The position numbers and the translations under genes are program-made. A DNA stretch of 64,000 nucleotides. Source: Dudresnaya verticillata (taxonomy: Eukaryota). Location: assembly GCA_977862235.1 (NCBI GenBank), contig OZ374558.1, positions 744,001-808,000 of the forward strand, read 5' to 3'. Numbering within the stretch: position 1 is the stretch's first letter; every line of letters starts with the position of its first letter. Shown here piece after piece: positions 48,679-59,442 of the stretch. A model generated the notes under the pieces. That model had not been told where the DNA came from. It did no database searches and saw only the letters and a program-made list of their open reading frames with translations.

Positions 48679-49068
48679 ATGATCCGTCTAGCGTTCCTCC
48701 TCGCGGCGCTGCTCGCGTTGTCCTCCACGAGCCGCGGCTCGCCAATGAAGCTGCCCAGCACGGCACGATTCGACCCGTGCAAGAATGATGACAATCGCGA
48801 GACGGCCATCGGGTGCATTTGTTGGGCCGCGGCGAAAAAGAAGCTCAAGAAGCTCGGCAGTTCGAACAGGAAGGCGATTTTGACCGCTTGTGGGAAGCTG
48901 TTCACGGGACTGAAGAATAACCGACAGGCGGTCGAAGCGCTCAAGCCGCTTTGCAAGCCGTTCCAAAGGGGAAACTTGCAGAATAACCTGGAGAAGGTGT
49001 TCAAGAGACTGCGACGGAAGTGCTTCAGACCTTGCATCAGGAAAAATGACTCGAGGTGCCAGGGATAA
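48679..49068 (+). CDS. Small secreted cationic cysteine-rich protein, 129 aa (8 Cys), probable paralog of 41524-41913
   Basis: gccATG start, signal peptide MIRLAFLLAALLALSSTSRG, LPSTAR, spacing C-x11-CxC-x22-C-x20-C-x22-C-x3-C-x7-C. Confidence 0.85.
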   Translation: MIRLAFLLAALLALSSTSRGSPMKLPSTARFDPCKNDDNRETAIGCICWAAAKKKLKKLGSSNRKAILTACGKLFTGLKNNRQAVEALKPLCKPFQRGNLQNNLEKVFKRLRRKCFRPCIRKNDSRCQG

Positions 49069-50169
49069 TGAGGGGAGGTTGGGAAGGGGTCGTTTGGTTG
49101 TAGACGGGGTGGCACGGGCGGCTCTACAGACCTGCAGGCATCACACCAACATTCACTTGGACTCTCCTCGAGTTGCACATTCGTGCGCAGCAAGAAAGGC
49201 GAGGGCATTTGGCCGGACCTGACACCCCAGCGTCTTGTGTCACAGTCTCTTCGTTTTGATTCCTGCGGGGCGGCTTAGGCTACATTGCACGTAGTAGGAC
49301 AAGTAGCATGAAGACAAAAGAGCCTCGGGAGGTAGAGTGTGTGCAAGTCTTGCCATCGTGTAATGTAGCGATGATCGGAACCGCACGGCTGTGCTGTCGA
49401 ACTGACGCGCGCTTCAACCGCTCCTGGAGACGTGAATGCGCAGGCCGGCAGTGCCGCCCGCAACGCGCGCAGCTCTGGGAGCAACGGCGTCCGGCCACGG
49501 CCGGAGCGCCGCATGCACAAGTGCCACGGCACGCAGCCGCCGCAACGGGCAAGCGCGGCGGCGCGCGCGCGGTGAGGACGGGCGGCGCGGTCACGCCCGC
49601 GAGCGGCCATTCGGCAGCCCTGCGACGCACTGCTGCGAGCGCGGGGGCTCGCGCAGCTTCGCTTCCGCGGGCAGCGGCGCGCGGACGGGCCGGCGGCGGC
49701 GCGCAGGTGCGCGCGCGAGCGGCAACGCGGTTGCGCTGGGCGGCTGTTGCTTGCGTGCTGCGCTGAGCGGTCGCCGCGGTGCGGAGCGTGTGGTCCTTGA
49801 TCATTGCATAGCGGGGCACCGAGGGGAGGCGTGTAGAACGTCGCGGCTGTCGGAGTATTTTAGTTGGAGGTTTGTATTTGTTGGTTTTCGGGTATTTGCA
49901 TACAAAATGGGTTGCGGGATAAATTGGCGGAGAGCAGAGTGCTTATTGATGCAAGATGCGAACAGATAAATTCGCTTTTACTTCGGGACCGAGCGGCGTA
50001 AAGGAATATTATACTGTTATTAACACGACGCCAACCATCGTGTTCTCAAACAGATTATGTTATCCTTCGCAATAGGAAAAAATGAAAGCCAAAGAGCTGA
50101 CATATTTCCTATCCGGATAGTACTTCTTAAATTGGGTTTCCCGGAACATTGAGGATGTCGATCGGGCAC

Positions 50170-50242
50170 TGCGCCTGCACATGGGCCTTTAAGTCGCCCG
50201 AGCGGGACCCCTAAAACAACCATTAAATGTTTACCATCACTG
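50170..50242 (+). mobile_element. hAT-like MITE remnant, copy 3 (right TIR intact)
   Basis: Ends TGTTTACCATCACTG (reverse complement CAGTGATGGTAAACA). Confidence 0.65.
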
Positions 50243-51100
50243 TGCAGCGAAACCACATGTTCAGCCCCAAACAAACTGATTCATAGTTTGAGCTTCCGCA
50301 GAACACCCAATTAGAATTTTCTTACTTCTATATTAACGCAAACCTTCGTATTTTAAGAGATATATTTTCTTCGACATCTCAGATGGCGTGATACTCTCTA
50401 CTTTTAAAACAATTCTATCCTCTTGAGGTTGATTCAGGTAGATTTCTACTCTCGATCATTTAGCGTGAAAGGTATCAACGTATATTGCGTATTATTAGAC
50501 GCGAAGGGAAGAGCAAAAACGAAGTCAGTTATTATTAACAGATAAATATCTCTGCTCGAAGAGCTCTGGTAGGGACAAAAAACAAGGAAACAGGACAGAC
50601 CATTTATTTATCTCTCCGGTCAGCAATCCGTTGTTGCCATGAAGGGGTGCTCGCCTCAGCGACAGCTTCGCCCGCTGAGACCTCTTCCTATTGCAAAGCC
50701 CAGCGGAGCACAAAACTCACAACCCCACCGGAGAGAACGGGAGAGCTGGAGGACTGGAAACCCCGAGGAAGGGCGGTCGGGCGCTGGCTTGCAAGGCGAG
50801 CACCAGTTGTTCGGATGCCCTGCACCGCGCACCCGACCGAGCAGAGAGACACGCGCAGAGACATCAGAGAAGTCTAATCGTCGGAGATCGGCGAAAAGCC
50901 GCCTTTCCAATGCCCCATCCTGATCCAATTTCGCAATTGGATTTCAAGGAGCACCTTCTGCCTCCTGTTGCCCACTTGATCCGCCAACAAACCATCCGCA
51001 CACGCACCGAACCAAACGTTCGCCCAAGCACCCGCCGCATCCTTCCCAACCCCCCCGGCGCTCCGTACCCGCTCGCGTCGCGGCACCGTGCGAGCGCCCA

Positions 51101-54100
51101 ATGCCGACCACGCGGAGCGCCACCAAGCGCGCGCGGCGCGCCTCCCGCAGCCGTGATCCTCGCCCCGCGTCGCCTGCGTCGCCTGCGTCGCCCTCGCCGC
51201 GCGCCTCGCCGAGCGCCTCGCCGGCCTCCACAAGCGCAAGCTCGCCCGAGCGCACGCCTCTCCTGCGAGCCGCTGCAGCGCTGCCCGCGACGCCGAGCAG
51301 CGTGCGGCTGCATCCGGCCGCCTTCGATGGCGGCAGGCACGCGCGAACAAGCAAGATCGCGACTGGGGACGAGGGAATCATGACCTCGCGTGGGGGGGCG
51401 ATGTGTGCTGCCTTGCAGGCCGAGGCGCATGAGATGCATCGCAGTCACCACCGCCTGTCCGTGGCGGTTGAGGAGCTTGATGGCTTGGTTGGTAAGCTAC
51501 AGTTGTTGAGGGGTGGACAAGGAGCGTCGGCTGGTTTGCCGTGTGGGAGGGACTGGCTGGATGTGAACGCGCTTCAGGCTGCGACGAGGGCGCTTGACAG
51601 TGAGGAAAATCCGAGCGTGGAGTTTGCGCTTGGCGTTCTGGGAATTGCGAGCATGCCTGAGGCTCTCTGCGAGCAGCAAAGGGAAACTGGAGGCAGCCGC
51701 TTTGAAACCTGTCTGCAGGGTTTGAAAGAGAACGGGGTCGAGGACGATCGTCCTGCTGTAAACGAGGGAGAGAAGGCTGCTCACGTACTCCGCGCTGATC
51801 GAGAGGAAGGCGAGGAAGAAGGCCATGCCGCCGAGGACAAATGTGAAGTGCACGTTTCGGGAACAGGTGGCCCCAACAAAGCCTTAAACTCGTCTACCGT
51901 TGGCGATACTATTCAGGACGAGAAATTCAGCAAGGCAGAAGAGGTTCAGATGAACTCTGTCTCAGAGAACACGTTGGACAACACTCAGATTACAGGAGAT
52001 GGAACGAGAACAGCGGAAGAGAATTCTGGCGCCGAGGTGAGTTCGGAATCGAATGTGGCAGCTGAGGTTGATCCTAAGGCAGTCGTCTCATCCACAGAAG
52101 CAGAAAATGGCATGGAGGAAAGCGCAAGGGCTAGCAAGGATTCAGAGCATTCAGGGAAGCATGATAATCTTTTGAAGCAGGTCGATGCTCTCATGGATGA
52201 TGCCGTTCGTATGACGGCTAAAGAAGAGAATATGACAAGTGGAGCACAGGCTGCAACGGAAACGAGCCTTCACGACGGTGGCACCCCAACCACAGCTGCG
52301 AACAATACTTCAAAATATGGTTCTCTTCTTATGGTGACGAGGACAGCGATGAAAAGGAGGGTGATACAGCAACCTGGGCAAGGCTGTGGCGTTACACGCC
52401 AGGAGGCCATTGCAGCCACAGGCGCATTGGCTCCAGTCATCAAGAAATACGAGCCGAGTTTTAGTCCAGCTCATGCAGCAGAGAAGTTGCTTGCAGGAGA
52501 GCAATCCGCATGTGCTACCGCAGGAGAGATCATTCCTTCTCAATGTTCGGCTGATGACATTCCCCTGACGTATCCTAGCGATAGTGCCTCAAACGCCACA
52601 AGGACAGTTGCAACAGGAGGAAACCCTGCTGAAGCTTCAAGCGAAATCGTTAACAAAGATGCGTTGGAGACCCCTAGCAGAACAGGGCTGGAGAAGAATG
52701 TCGTCCGGAAGATCAGCTTCAAGCTAGACAGGAAACGCAGATCGTCGAAAGGCTTTGGAAGCCTTCGCAGGTTGAGAGGTGTAGTGAAGCAATCAGAAGG
52801 CCGCAACAAATCCTTGTCCGAGCTGTTGAATAGGCGGAAGAAAAGCACTTCCCACCGGGAAAGTTCAGGGCCATACAACAACATCGCCGGGACCTCCGAT
52901 GTACCATCTGGAGTTGGTGCGCTGCGGGGAGTACAAGATATCGAGGATATTGCAGATCGTTCCGGGATACTGGGACACGAGCGTTTGGAGTCATCTAACG
53001 GACAAGATAAGAAAGAGAGTCCACCCAACATGAAAACTAGTGTTGTAGGGGCAATTTCCACTCTGCTCCAAATCATGTGTTGTGGCAAAGAGAAAGAAGA
53101 AGAGCAGCCCGTCGATGATCTCGGTCCAAGTGCAACCTACGCTCCAAATGTGACTGCGCAGATAACTGGAATACCGATTCCATCACCGGAAAGCGGGAAC
53201 GCCATGCTCTCAGGCGGAGATGCAGGGAGTGGTGGACCGGAAAACGGAAACTCCATACCCACAGTGGAAGATGCAGTGAGGTTTGGACCGGAAAGCGGAA
53301 ACGCCATGCCCTCAGGAGGAGATACAAGGAGGGTTGGAACGAGAACCCGCTCAACTACGCATGTGGGTCAAAGAAAAAAGAAGCAAGGGAGCAGGTTTCA
53401 AGATGCTGCCGAGCACCGCCGTCTTCAAGACGTGGGTAATAAGAAAGCCATCGGAAGAGCCGCAGACAATCACGTCAATGAACAGCAGACAAAGCCAAAA
53501 GCAGGGAAAGGAAATATTCTCGGCACTTCGGGATCAGAAAGTCTTGCGAAGCAAGACGGAAGCAAACAAGTCGAAGATAATGGGAGAGCGTTGCAGGAGT
53601 CGCGTGATGACGCTCTGTATCTCAGACCTATTATTATGACACCTATCTCTACCCCGATTGGAAATGAGCTGTCAAGTCGACACAAACAATTCTTGACGAA
53701 GTGCGAACTGGCTCTCTCCAGTATTCTCATCTGTCCCGAGTCGAAGCGTTTCCGAGATCCAGTTCAGTTGAACCAGCTTCCAGGTTACCTTAGAATTGTC
53801 CAGCGGCCAATGGACCTTATCAAAGTTGACCAGTTGCTGAAGGACGGCATCATTACCACCCCGATTGACTTCTTAGAGCATCTGTGCATAATTGAATCCA
53901 ATGCAGTGCTATACTATCACAGGGCAAGTAAGGAGTTCGCAGACGCTATAAGATTTGGCGAGTTTGTTCGTCAGAAGGTGAAGCCGATTTGTGATGCTTG
54001 GAAGTTGAAGCATAATGCTGAGCAGAACGGCGTTCCGCAGTCCAAGAAGGATGACCCCGAGTCTGGCGCCCGCATTGCTAACACCAGATCTGCCGCTCAT

Positions 54101-54505
54101 ATGGCTAACGTTCCCGCCAGACATCGTAGGACACGAAGGTCACGATTTGACTGGGCTCCCAAATACAAAAACAATGACAACTCCGAAGACGTTGTTGATT
54201 TGGAAAAAACTCGAGGTGCCACTACTGCACTGCAACAGGGAAGAACCAGGAGGATCCGGAAAGATGCTGGGAAACCATCGTCGTCCAGGAGGAGAGAACA
54301 GATCGTGGTCGCCGGCGATGGAGCCGGTCCAAGTCAGCGTCATGCGATATATGATGACATTACAGAGATTGCCATTCCAAGGAAGCGGCCAAAAAGTCAG
54401 GGACCAGCTCCAAAAGAAAACCATTCGAAGAGAGCCCGAACGGACTCATACTTCAGAGGGACTGGCAGACGTTCCAGAAGCGAAAGCAGTGCCGAGCACA
54501 CTTGA
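51101..54505 (+). CDS. 1134-aa largely disordered protein with one bromodomain (~53702-53991)
   Basis: FRDPV....LPGYLRIVQRPMDL..VDQLL.......F..HL..I.SNAVLYY is a bromodomain signature. Basic NLS-like tracts. Three 17-aa repeats at ~53185-53325. Confidence 0.9.
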   Translation: MPTTRSATKRARRASRSRDPRPASPASPASPSPRASPSASPASTSASSPERTPLLRAAAALPATPSSVRLHPAAFDGGRHARTSKIATGDEGIMTSRGGAMCAALQAEAHEMHRSHHRLSVAVEELDGLVGKLQLLRGGQGASAGLPCGRDWLDVNALQAATRALDSEENPSVEFALGVLGIASMPEALCEQQRETGGSRFETCLQGLKENGVEDDRPAVNEGEKAAHVLRADREEGEEEGHAAEDKCEVHVSGTGGPNKALNSSTVGDTIQDEKFSKAEEVQMNSVSENTLDNTQITGDGTRTAEENSGAEVSSESNVAAEVDPKAVVSSTEAENGMEESARASKDSEHSGKHDNLLKQVDALMDDAVRMTAKEENMTSGAQAATETSLHDGGTPTTAANNTSKYGSLLMVTRTAMKRRVIQQPGQGCGVTRQEAIAATGALAPVIKKYEPSFSPAHAAEKLLAGEQSACATAGEIIPSQCSADDIPLTYPSDSASNATRTVATGGNPAEASSEIVNKDALETPSRTGLEKNVVRKISFKLDRKRRSSKGFGSLRRLRGVVKQSEGRNKSLSELLNRRKKSTSHRESSGPYNNIAGTSDVPSGVGALRGVQDIEDIADRSGILGHERLESSNGQDKKESPPNMKTSVVGAISTLLQIMCCGKEKEEEQPVDDLGPSATYAPNVTAQITGIPIPSPESGNAMLSGGDAGSGGPENGNSIPTVEDAVRFGPESGNAMPSGGDTRRVGTRTRSTTHVGQRKKKQGSRFQDAAEHRRLQDVGNKKAIGRAADNHVNEQQTKPKAGKGNILGTSGSESLAKQDGSKQVEDNGRALQESRDDALYLRPIIMTPISTPIGNELSSRHKQFLTKCELALSSILICPESKRFRDPVQLNQLPGYLRIVQRPMDLIKVDQLLKDGIITTPIDFLEHLCIIESNAVLYYHRASKEFADAIRFGEFVRQKVKPICDAWKLKHNAEQNGVPQSKKDDPESGARIANTRSAAHMANVPARHRRTRRSRFDWAPKYKNNDNSEDVVDLEKTRGATTALQQGRTRRIRKDAGKPSSSRRREQIVVAGDGAGPSQRHAIYDDITEIAIPRKRPKSQGPAPKENHSKRARTDSYFRGTGRRSRSESSAEHT

Positions 54506-54604
54506 GAGCTGAAGTAGTTCTGTTTTCGTAATCATGAAACTAGATCAACTGATTTGTCCGTAGTGGCGTTTTTCGTACTCGCAGGGTAGTGCCCCTCGCC
54601 CATT

Positions 54605-55784
54605 TGTTACTCTAAGGTGATAAAAAACCTGCTAGCAATCTTTACTCAAGATGGCTGGGCAGCGCGTTCACATAGGCCGAAAGGGCCTTCGAGCTCCGAT
54701 GCGATTATATTGCTTCGTCGACTCCCTCTCACCAACTCTCATAAGGGTCTCGGTCCTCTCTAGACGAAGTTTTCCAGTTATTGTTGATTTGGACCCATCG
54801 CTTTCGCAGAGTTGCACTGTATGACACCTTACAGTGCTCCTGCCGTCGACCACCACGCCATGCGCCCGAGATATACGCACCCAACCGCATCTGGCTGGGC
54901 TACTTCACACTGGCACAATGGACACTGTCGGACGGACGGCTTTCAGAAGCGGACTACATCAATGCGAGACACCCTGTCCCGTAATCGCTGTACACGTGAC
55001 CTTACAGTGGCGCCAGTTGGACGCCCGGGATTGCAAGATTTATGACGCGCCCTCGCGCTCCTACTCATGGCAAGGAGCGTTCCCGCGCTGGCGGTATCGA
55101 TAAGGCTGTCGCGACGCTCACTTGGGCGCCGGCCTCACACGGCCTATACGCTGCCAAACCCTCTAATGCGGACGCATTCCTACTTTTACTTCGTACTGAC
55201 TGTACCAACAACATTGCTAAATATAATCGTAGACTGTGTGGAATAGACGTCGGATCTATCCGATCCGGATCTATCCGACGTCTAACAAACACTAGTCCAA
55301 AGCCCTCATGGGGACCCGTAGATGGGTATCTAGTGGAAACACGGTGTCACCCGCGTGCGCCCCGCAGCTGCGGATCAACAGCATCGATACCGGAGCACAC
55401 ACAGGTTGTACCGTACGGGGATAGGCAGCGGCCGGATCCCATTTTCAATTTTGAAGGGCGGCAAGAAGCCGACGGGAAACGAATAGGAAAAAGAAACCCC
55501 TATCGAGGAGAGAGGGAAAAGGAAAACCACCTGCTGGCGTAGAGGAAAGGGATCCAACCCGAAGGACCAGGGGCAACTACCAACGCGATCCGTTACTTCC
55601 CCGCTTTACTGAGCCGTCCACTGCATCCGGCATAACCCAAAAATACTCTAGACTATGTAAACTTAGAGCAATGATTACAGGGAATACGCGCCTACCATAC
55701 CAACGCGGACGTCGTGTTCAAACATCCATCGCATTTCGATACGCTAAGGTAACGGCTATCTGTGGGTGAATGCGGGTCGTAACA
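54605..55784 (-). mobile_element. Probable 3' LTR (1180 bp) of a minus-strand LTR element whose remainder lies beyond the nested insertion
   Basis: TGTTAC...GTAACA termini. On the minus strand GAGGGGGCGGCGGCC (55799-55785) abuts the TG like a PPT. The partner LTR is not in the window. Confidence 0.55.
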
Positions 55785-55919
55785 GGCCGCCGCCCCCTCA
55801 ACGGCTCGGTGCCGGAGCAATACAGGTTCTGGCTATGTACGGCACACCAAGCGGTCGCAAGCGCACTGATAGCGGCTAGAAGCAAAGAAAAACCTATTTT
55901 GTTCGTTCCCCAAATGTCT

Positions 55920-56810
55920 TGTAATGAAACCCCAAGAACTACATAACGGTCAGCTGGCCTTACTTTCCTTCACCGTACGAGAGCGAAACTACCTCTACGG
56001 GCCGGTATAACAGTTCGCACCGAGAGGGGAGAACAGCGAGCGGCTAACCGAAACGGATATTGGGAAGCAACAGACAAGGGGGTGGTACAAATGCCGGGAC
56101 GGACTCCGTAACGGTGCTGGCGGTAGATTTGGCGCATATCGTCTTGGCGCCCTGCTGAAGAATTCTTCATAATGTCTCCACCCGCGGCTCACGCGACTGC
56201 GGACGACGGACGCACCGCGCTCGGTCCCTGCGGATCAACCGCTGTGCGGATGATTTAGCTCAGAGCCAATTTCTATAATAAGCTGTGGCACCACGCGCAT
56301 ACGCCAGCGATAACACTGGGGAAGTGCCCTGTAGGGCGCCCGGCCTGACAGTGCCCGGCGCCCTCTGCCAGCAAGGATGGCCCCGCAAGACGGCAACGCA
56401 TACACGTGTACACGTGCGCCCCCTTTGTGCACACTGTCAAGCCACACTACCAATAGGCTGAAAGTTGATATTTTAGTAGATAATTATAGCTTTGCGCGCG
56501 CCACGTAATGCCAAGTGGCGCGCCCCCCTTCCACTACCTTAATCCGCCACCAATGCGCACCCGCCTCCTAAATAGTATATTAGGGCCCTGAGGTGCGCCC
56601 TCATACAGTAAACGGCTAAGCTTGGGCCCAGCGAGACATGCCCTCCTACCCTACCGACTCCGTCGCTAGGCTGGACTTCAGTACGTACGCTACCCTTCTT
56701 CATCCTTTCTAGGGTAACCCCCTTTCTCGGTCCTGTTTTTCTCTTATTTTTCCTTTGTTTTCTCTTCCTTTCTAGGGTAACCCCCTTTCTCGGTCTTGTA
56801 GTGTTTTACA
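55920..56810 (+). repeat. Putative 5' LTR (891 bp)
   Basis: TGTAA...TTACA termini, a TATA-like stretch at ~56568-56582, an internal 30-bp direct repeat (56703-56732/56766-56795), and a position 217 bp upstream of the gag ATG. Confidence 0.55.
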
Positions 56811-57027
56811 GTCGCACTACGGGGCTACTCCCCTGCTCTACCGCTACTACCTCACCTGCTACCGCCAGGCCCCCGAACCGCCTGAGGTTCATCCTCGATT
56901 CTACCGAGTGGATTGCACCACATTTGGTCTCCCGACCTAGAAGTTCGGAAATTCCGATTGGCTACGTTGCCTACGTTACGGAACTCCCGTTCTTCTAGTT
57001 CATACCTTTACGCTGCAGTTATCTGCC

Positions 57028-59426
57028 ATGCCCACCCGTCGACAGCCGTCATCGGCAAGGTCTGTACCAACGCAGACCGCTGCCAATATGGTGACGCGTG
57101 CACATGCGCAGGCAAGTCCTGCGGTCCAAGCCGCTTTTTCGGCAATACCCAATGAGGGGGTTCCTCGTATTCCCCCCTCGGTGGAGATCGTACCTCCTGA
57201 CCCAGCCGGGACTCTCCCGACTGGCCAAGACCAAGACGGGCAGCCGGCACCTCCGCCGCCGCTGCCCAACCCTCCGCCGCCGATTTCGGCATCACTTCCG
57301 CCGCCGGTGGAGCCACCCACAGTCCAAGAGGAAGCACCTCGCGTTGCCTTCATACACGGGACTACTATTCCCCGAAGTGCGATTCAAGAGGTGTGCCTCA
57401 TGGAAGACCAGGCTTTTGCCGCCCGGCTGTCGCGTCAGATAACGGACAGCCTGGCTTTGGTCAACCAACGTATCGACGAGGTTAGTACTGGAATTGACCT
57501 CGTCCTGGAGAATCCTCCACAGCACCACCCGGACCTCGCCGTCGAGGTCCGCACACTTCGAGGAGACGTTAACCGCCTCCTCGAAACCTACGGGGCTACT
57601 CCCGCAAGGGGGCCCGTCCGAGTCCCCCAAGCTTACCCGCGGAACTTCCGCTCGATGACCGCATTACGCGGATTGCCGACTGCTGGGAGCGACTAGAGGG
57701 CATATGCCTCAACGAGCGCGAATCGCCATTGCATCCCGATGGCCGAGGCGCAAACCGAACACAAGTCGAATTCGACAGTCGCCATCGACAAGGGGACACT
57801 TATCCCAAGGACAGTTGCCCGTACGGGTGTGCTGACCACCCACATGATGACGATTATCGTCAAGAACGCCGAGAAGAACGGCGTCAAAACCGGCATCGTG
57901 ACTCAACGCGGAATACCCGCAGTCGCCGTCACCATCGCCACGGCTACGGAACTTCCTCCCGGTCGGCGTCCGACGACTCGGACTCAGACCGCTCCGATGG
58001 AGAAGTTTGGGGAAATCCCCGTCGCGATGATGGTATACGACGCAAGGGGCCGCGGTATAAGCACCTCAAGGAGCTGAAACCAACGAACCCCTTGTACGAC
58101 CAATTGCTGTCCTACAGGCACTACCGCCTTCAGAATACGGAACAATCCCGTACAAGCCGACAGACCGGCAAGATCAAGGACCAGATCAAAAGACTGGAGT
58201 TAACCATGAAGGATTTTTCCTTTAATGGGGAAGACCCCGTGTTGATTTTGGAGTTTCTCTCCAGGCTAGTCGACGAGGCCGACACTCTCGACATGTCGGA
58301 AGCGCAGGCGTTCATCGCCTTGCCCTACTTCTTAGGCGGAAACGCCGCTACTCAATTTCGTTCCGTCAAGGCCGCTCCGTCCCGTTCCAATGGAGGAGTA
58401 TCCTCATGGCCGGAAGCTGTGCAGTATCTGCTGCGAACATATGCGACACCGAGCGCACTGCGTGAGGCAATCCTCGAGCTCCGTGCCCTCCGGCAGAACG
58501 CTGGCGAATCGGAAACACGCTTCGGGATGCGAGTCTCGAAAGCGTGTAACCGGTGTGGCAATGTCCACAAGGAATGTGAGAAGATGACATACTTCATCGA
58601 CGGCCTCGACCCGAGCATTCGCTCGCTGGTCGCCCGTTATCGAGAGGAAACTCCTCGCCATGAAATGTCGTTTGAACGACTAGTGCATTATGCACAAGAT
58701 GAAGGTGAAGCTCACCGTGGAAGAAGTCGCGCACCACGCGCTGGACAAGACCAACTCGCTGGCCGCACCGCAACTTCAGCAGGACGTCGTCCAGGACGCG
58801 GAAATTCCGCTATGATGGCCGAGTCGTCAATTGAGTTCCGAGACGGAAGTGGAGTTCCACGTAGGCAGGTGGGCGAGCAGGATGCCGAGGTGCACCTTCT
58901 GTACCCGGACGCGGCACTCCTGTCGTCCGACCCACCTACCGACTCACAAGTAGAATCCTACGGAAGCGAAGATAATGCGCTTCTCATTCGCTCTCGTCAA
59001 GTCCCGGCCCCGCGCATCCCATACCAGGAGCATTCACCTGGTATGACACGCGCACGGCCGGGCTGGCAAGATAGGGGAAATACCCAAAGGAACTTCGGTC
59101 CCAAGCAGACAATCATCTGTCACATTTGCTACAAGCCTGGGCATGTTTCGCCCGAATGCTTCTTAGCATGGAAGGACTACCTGAGGATTATCCTCAATTA
59201 TGAATCGCTCAGTGCGGTCGACCGCGAGCGTGTGCCGGCTACATCCTACATGAAGACGAAAGCACAGGCACAATACGATGAGGCAAGTCCTCAAGGTCGA
59301 CCCCAGGTACCGCCCACTGTGGTACCCCACACTAGCGAACGCCACCCTCATGCGTTGGCGCCCGTTGCACAGCCCCCTACGAATGGGCGCGACGGACGAG
59401 CGGACATCCGCAATTCGGAAAACTAA
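57028..59426 (+). pseudogene. gag with an internal frameshift near 57600-57690
   Basis: FNGEDPVLILEFL..W....L..Q..GES capsid-like region and zinc knuckle CHICYKPGHVSPEC. The frame of 57729 is open upstream into the 57028 ORF but has no ATG there. Confidence 0.85.
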
Positions 59427-59442
59427 TCGGGGTCATACCCCC
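59417..59442 (+). promoter_or_regulatory. Putative -1 ribosomal frameshift signal at the gag/pol junction
   Basis: G GAA AAC immediately before the gag TAA, a 5-nt spacer, then hairpin GGGGT-CAT-ACCCC. The -1 frame is open into pol. Confidence 0.7.

Noticed and set aside
49275..49969. Ala/Arg-rich ORFs on both strands
   Set aside because: Explained by a very GC/CpG-rich tract depleted of stop codons. No domain evidence.
33658..50242. One 16.6-kb hAT element bounded by the matching 14-bp inverted ends
   Set aside because: No 8-bp TSD and no transposase. Each end belongs to its own short copy of the same repeat.
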